Program-made: the position numbers and the translations under genes
Part shown: piece by piece, positions 60,041 through 64,000 of the stretch
How positions within the stretch are numbered: position 1 is the first letter of the stretch
How the letters are laid out: each line of letters opens with the position of its first letter
Source: Planktothrix sp. GU0601_MAG3
GTDB taxonomy: Bacteria > Cyanobacteriota > Cyanobacteriia > Cyanobacteriales > Microcoleaceae
Reading direction: 5' to 3'
NCBI GenBank assembly: GCA_035193785.1
Contig: CP136572.1
Coordinates: forward strand, 288,001-352,000
Length of the DNA stretch: 64,000 nt
The notes under the pieces: generated by a model
The model's database searches: none
What the model was told of the DNA's origin: nothing
The model's input: the letters and a program-made list of their open reading frames with translations, nothing else

Positions 60041-61943
60041 ATGACATCAAGTTTTGCCGAAGATACAATTTCCCTTCCTGGTGTTGACTATGGTTTCCGT
60101 CGCCTGGTCTGACTACACCGGAGACGGCAAACCCGACTTACTGTTGACGGGTTACTCAAGTTCAGGCTCCATCTCCAAACTGTACAAAAACACAGGTGGT
60201 GGTTTGAGCGAAGATACCAGTATTTCCCTTCCTGGTGTTTTCTCCAGTTCCGTCGCCTGGTCTGACTACAACGGAGACGGCAAACCCGACTTCCTGCTGA
60301 CGGGTTGGGATAGTTCATTCAACCCCATCTCCAAACTATACAAAAACACAGGCAGTGGTTTTAGCGAAGATACCAGTATTTCCCTTCCTGGTGTTGGCTG
60401 GAGTTCCGTCGCCTGGTCTGACTACACCGGAGACGGCAAACCCGACTTCCTGTTGACGGGTTACTCAAGTTCAGGCGACATCTCGAAACTGTACAAAAAC
60501 ACAGGCAGTGGTTTTAGCGAAGATACCAGTATTTCCCTTCCTGGTGTTGACTCTGGTTCCGTCGCCTGGTCTGACTACACCGGAGACGGCAAACCCGACT
60601 TCCTGTTGACGGGTTCCGATAATTCATACAACCCCATCTCCAAACTGTACAAAAACACAGGCAGTGGTTTTAGCGAAGATACCAGTATTTCCCTTCCTGG
60701 TATTTACTACAGTTCCGTCGCCTGGTCTGACTACAACGGAGACGGCAAACCCGACCTGCTGTTGACGGGTTCCGATAGTTCATTCAACCCCATCTCGAAA
60801 CTGTACAAAAACACAGGCAGTGGTTTGAGCGAAGATACCAGTATTTCCCTTCCTGGTGTTTTCTCCAGTTCCGTCGCCTGGTCTGACTACAACGGAGACG
60901 GCAAACCCGACCTGCTGTTGACGGGTTCCGATAGTTCATTCAACCCCATCTCGAAACTGTACAAAAACACAGGCAGTGGTTTGAGCGAAGATACCAGTAT
61001 TTCCCTTCCTGGTGTTGACTCTGGTTCCGTCGCCTGGTCTGACTACACCGGAGACGGCAAACCCGACTTCCTGTTGACGGGTTACTCTTTCTCAAGTCCA
61101 GGCCCCATCTCGAAACTGTACAAAAACACCACCACCCCTGTTATTAATGGTACGGCTAATAATGATATTCTCATCGGAACAGCCAACTCAGAAACGATTA
61201 ATGGTTTAGGAGGCAATGACAAACTTTCAGGTCTGGGTGGTAATGACTCCCTTAATGGTGGTACTGGAAATGATACCCTAAATGGGGGTGCAGGAAGCGA
61301 CCAACTCAAAGGCAATGGGGGTAATGATGTTTATATTGTCGGTACTGGGGATATCATTACAGAATTAGCTTCTGCTGGAACAGATTTAATTCAATCCTCT
61401 GTTACCTATACCTTACCTGCTAATGTGGAAAACCTGACCTTAACCGGGACAACAGCAATTAATGGTACAGGTAATACTCTAGCTAATATGATTACAGGTA
61501 ATACTGCTAATAATATTCTCAATGGGGGAGATGGTAATGACTCTCTCAGTGGCGGTGCTGCCAATGACCCCCTCACCGGGGGACTCGGTGCGGATAAATT
61601 TATCTACAATACCAATGCTGCCTTTGCCGCTTCGGCGGTGGGTGTAGATACAATCACTGACTTTACTATTGGTCAAGTGGATAAAATCGTCTTGGATAAA
61701 ACCACCTTTACCAGTATTAGTAGTATTCCGGGAACTGGGTTTTCTATTGCGAATGAGTTTGCCAAGGTAACAACGGATGCCTTAGCTGCTACCAGTGCTG
61801 CCGATATTGTTTATAATACCGCGACGGGCGGATTATTCTACAATCCAAATGGCGCAGCCGCAGGTTTTGGTACCGGAGCTAAATTCCTCACCTTAACTGG
61901 AAAACCTGCCTTAACAGCTAGTCAGTTTCTCATTCAAGCGTGA
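60041..61943 (+). CDS. Seven FG-GAP/VCBS repeats + RTX repeats; apparent +1 frameshift at 60093-60097
   Basis: Same start (MTSSFAEDTISLPGV) and SD as 56984; 7 blades; RTX tail. Confidence 0.9.
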
Positions 61944-62157
61944 ATCTAACTTTTTTTGTAACATTTAGTCACAAGAACTGGTAAGAATCAAGATCAGACT
62001 GGATAATTGTACCTAAAGGCTCGCGGAAACATCTGGACATGATCCGATCCGTGTGATCGCTGTCTGGTTTGTTTTGTACCCTCGTTTCAGGGAGCCTCAG
62101 TTACTGAACGTGTGATTGATGTGGGAAGTCCATTATCAGTAAGGGAGCATGATCGTC

Positions 62158-64000
62158 ATGGAGACGAAAGAAGATAAGGATTTGGAATTGAAGCCGTCAC
62201 AACCTCCTCAAGTCGGATCGGAAGAGGTGGAAGTGAGGCCGTCACAACCTACTAGCTTCGCACCGGATCGTGTAATAGTCAAACTGAAGCCCAGCACGAA
62301 TGCCAATGAGGCTGTCAGCTTGCAGGCTGAGGTCGGGGTTGCAGGAGTCACCACAGCTCCACGACTCGGAATTGAGTTTTGGCAGATTCCTCCAGGAAAG
62401 GTGGAACAAACAATATCCGCTTATAAGAATGATCCCCGGTTTGAATACATAGAACCCGATTATCTCATCACCCTTGAGGATGTCCAAAAACCGAGTCCTG
62501 CTCAGGAAGATTCAGCAGCAATTACACCCCTAGTCACAACTCCCAATGACCCTCTTTATACCCAATTATGGGGACTCAACAACACAGGTCAAAGTGGGGG
62601 AAAAGCCGATGCCGACATCGATGCCCCGGAAGCCTGGGATATTCAAAAGGGCAATCCCAACTTAGTGATCGGGGTTATCGATTCGGGCGTTAATTACAAG
62701 CACCCCGACTTAGTGGGGAATATCTGGACAAATCCCGGGGAAATCGCCGAAAATGGCATTGATGACGACCAGAACGGATATATAGATGACACTCGTGGCT
62801 GGGACTTTGGCGATAATGACAATAACCCGATGGATGTGCAAGGACATGGCACCCATGTTGCCGGAACCATTGCCGCAAAAGGTAATAACGGCGTTGGAGT
62901 GACCGGGGTTGCCTGGAATGCCAAGATTATGCCACTTAAGCTTACCCCTGATGGTGTCCAGATCATCCGTACATCCAATGCGATCAAAGCAGTTGAATAT
63001 AGTATGGCGAAGGGAGTCAAACTCACCAATAACTCTTGGGGTGTGCCAGCATATAGTCAAGCTCTACGCAATGCCATCTGGTTCGCCGGACAACAGGAGG
63101 GAGCTTTGTTTATTGCTGCGGCGGGTAATGGGGGCTCCAATCAGATTGGAGATAACAACGACATCACGCCTTCTTATCCTGCCAGCTACAACCTGCCTAA
63201 TATTATCTCCGTTGCCGCCACCGACAGCACCGATGCGCGCGCATCTTTCTCCAACTATGGAGCCAAGACTGTGGATTTAGGAGCGCCTGGTTCGGGTATT
63301 CTAAGCACCACCATAACCGAAGCAGGTTATGGTCTTGATAGCGGTACATCGATGGCGGCTCCCCATGTCACCGGGGCGGCGGCGTTGCTATGGTCTCAAA
63401 ATCCCAATTTGACGGCACAGCAAGTTAAAGACAAGCTGATGCAAACAACTGACCCTATTTTTGCTTTGAATGGTAAGACGGTTTCAGGGGGTCGGTTGAA
63501 CATTAACAATGCTTTGAGAAGCCTCGTCACCGGGAACCCCAGTTCTATTACTATTCCCAGTAGCGGCGCTGCCACGCCTTATCCATCAACGATTAATGTT
63601 TCCGGTGTCAGTGGGAACATTACCCGGGTTTCAAGTCAGCTTAAGCGGTTTATCCCATACTTATCCAGATGATGTGGATATGTTCCTGCAGGGGCCCGGT
63701 GGACAAAAAGTCATGCTCATGTCCGATGCCGGGGGAGACCGTCCCTTTGGCTTAAATAATGTCAATCTCACTTTTAGTGACAGTGCCTCAGGGACGTTGC
63801 CAGATGCGTCTCAAATTACATCAGGAACTTATCGTCCAACTAACTACAAAGTCGGTGATGTCTTCCTTGCTCCCGCACCCGTTGGCCCCTATGGTACCGC
63901 GTTGTCCGCGTTCAATGGCACAAATCCCAATGGCCAGTGGAAGCTATTTGTGCAGGATGATCTGGAAGGAGATAGTGGTTCTATATTTGGTGGCTGGAGT
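62158..64000 (+). CDS. Subtilisin-like S8 serine protease with P-domain-like region, runs off the window; apparent +1 frameshift at 63628-63632
   Basis: Triad VIDSG, GHGTHVAG, GTSMAAPH; oxyanion AAAGN. Confidence 0.93.

Noticed and set aside
56993..61127. DGR or CRISPR explanation for the FG-GAP constant/variable pattern
   Set aside because: Framework adenines, including synonymous ones, are conserved, loop lengths vary, and no RT or template is in the window; the units are protein-coding.

Overview
64 kb of chromosome from a filamentous cyanobacterium, probably Planktothrix-like (many HIP1 GCGATCGC octamers, heptamer STRR arrays, apcD, two cyAbrB genes, tmRNA tag ANNIVPFARKSAAVAA). Housekeeping genes (lipB, rbp, rpsU, gnd, ruvB, apcD, rlmD, lpxD, ssrA, serS, clc, hsp20, htrA, putA) are interspersed with accessory loci: three toxin-antitoxin modules, a TPR/FGE gene whose 3' end looks like a DGR variable region, a tandem ATPase plus nuclease locus, and a terminal array of RTX-tailed secreted proteins. 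Most striking: all 29 coding frameshifts I could resolve, plus one site in a riboswitch, are the same +1 event, GAAC->GAAAC or GTTC->GTTTC. They are therefore almost certainly motif-specific sequencing errors, and GAAC/GTTC is the known Dnd phosphorothioation motif, so they may be the footprint of a DNA modification. Other highlights: two seven-bladed FG-GAP propellers with invariant frameworks and two CDR-like hypervariable loops per blade, and a glutamine (glnA-type) riboswitch in front of an unannotated 59-aa protein. All calls are from manual reading; no searches were run.
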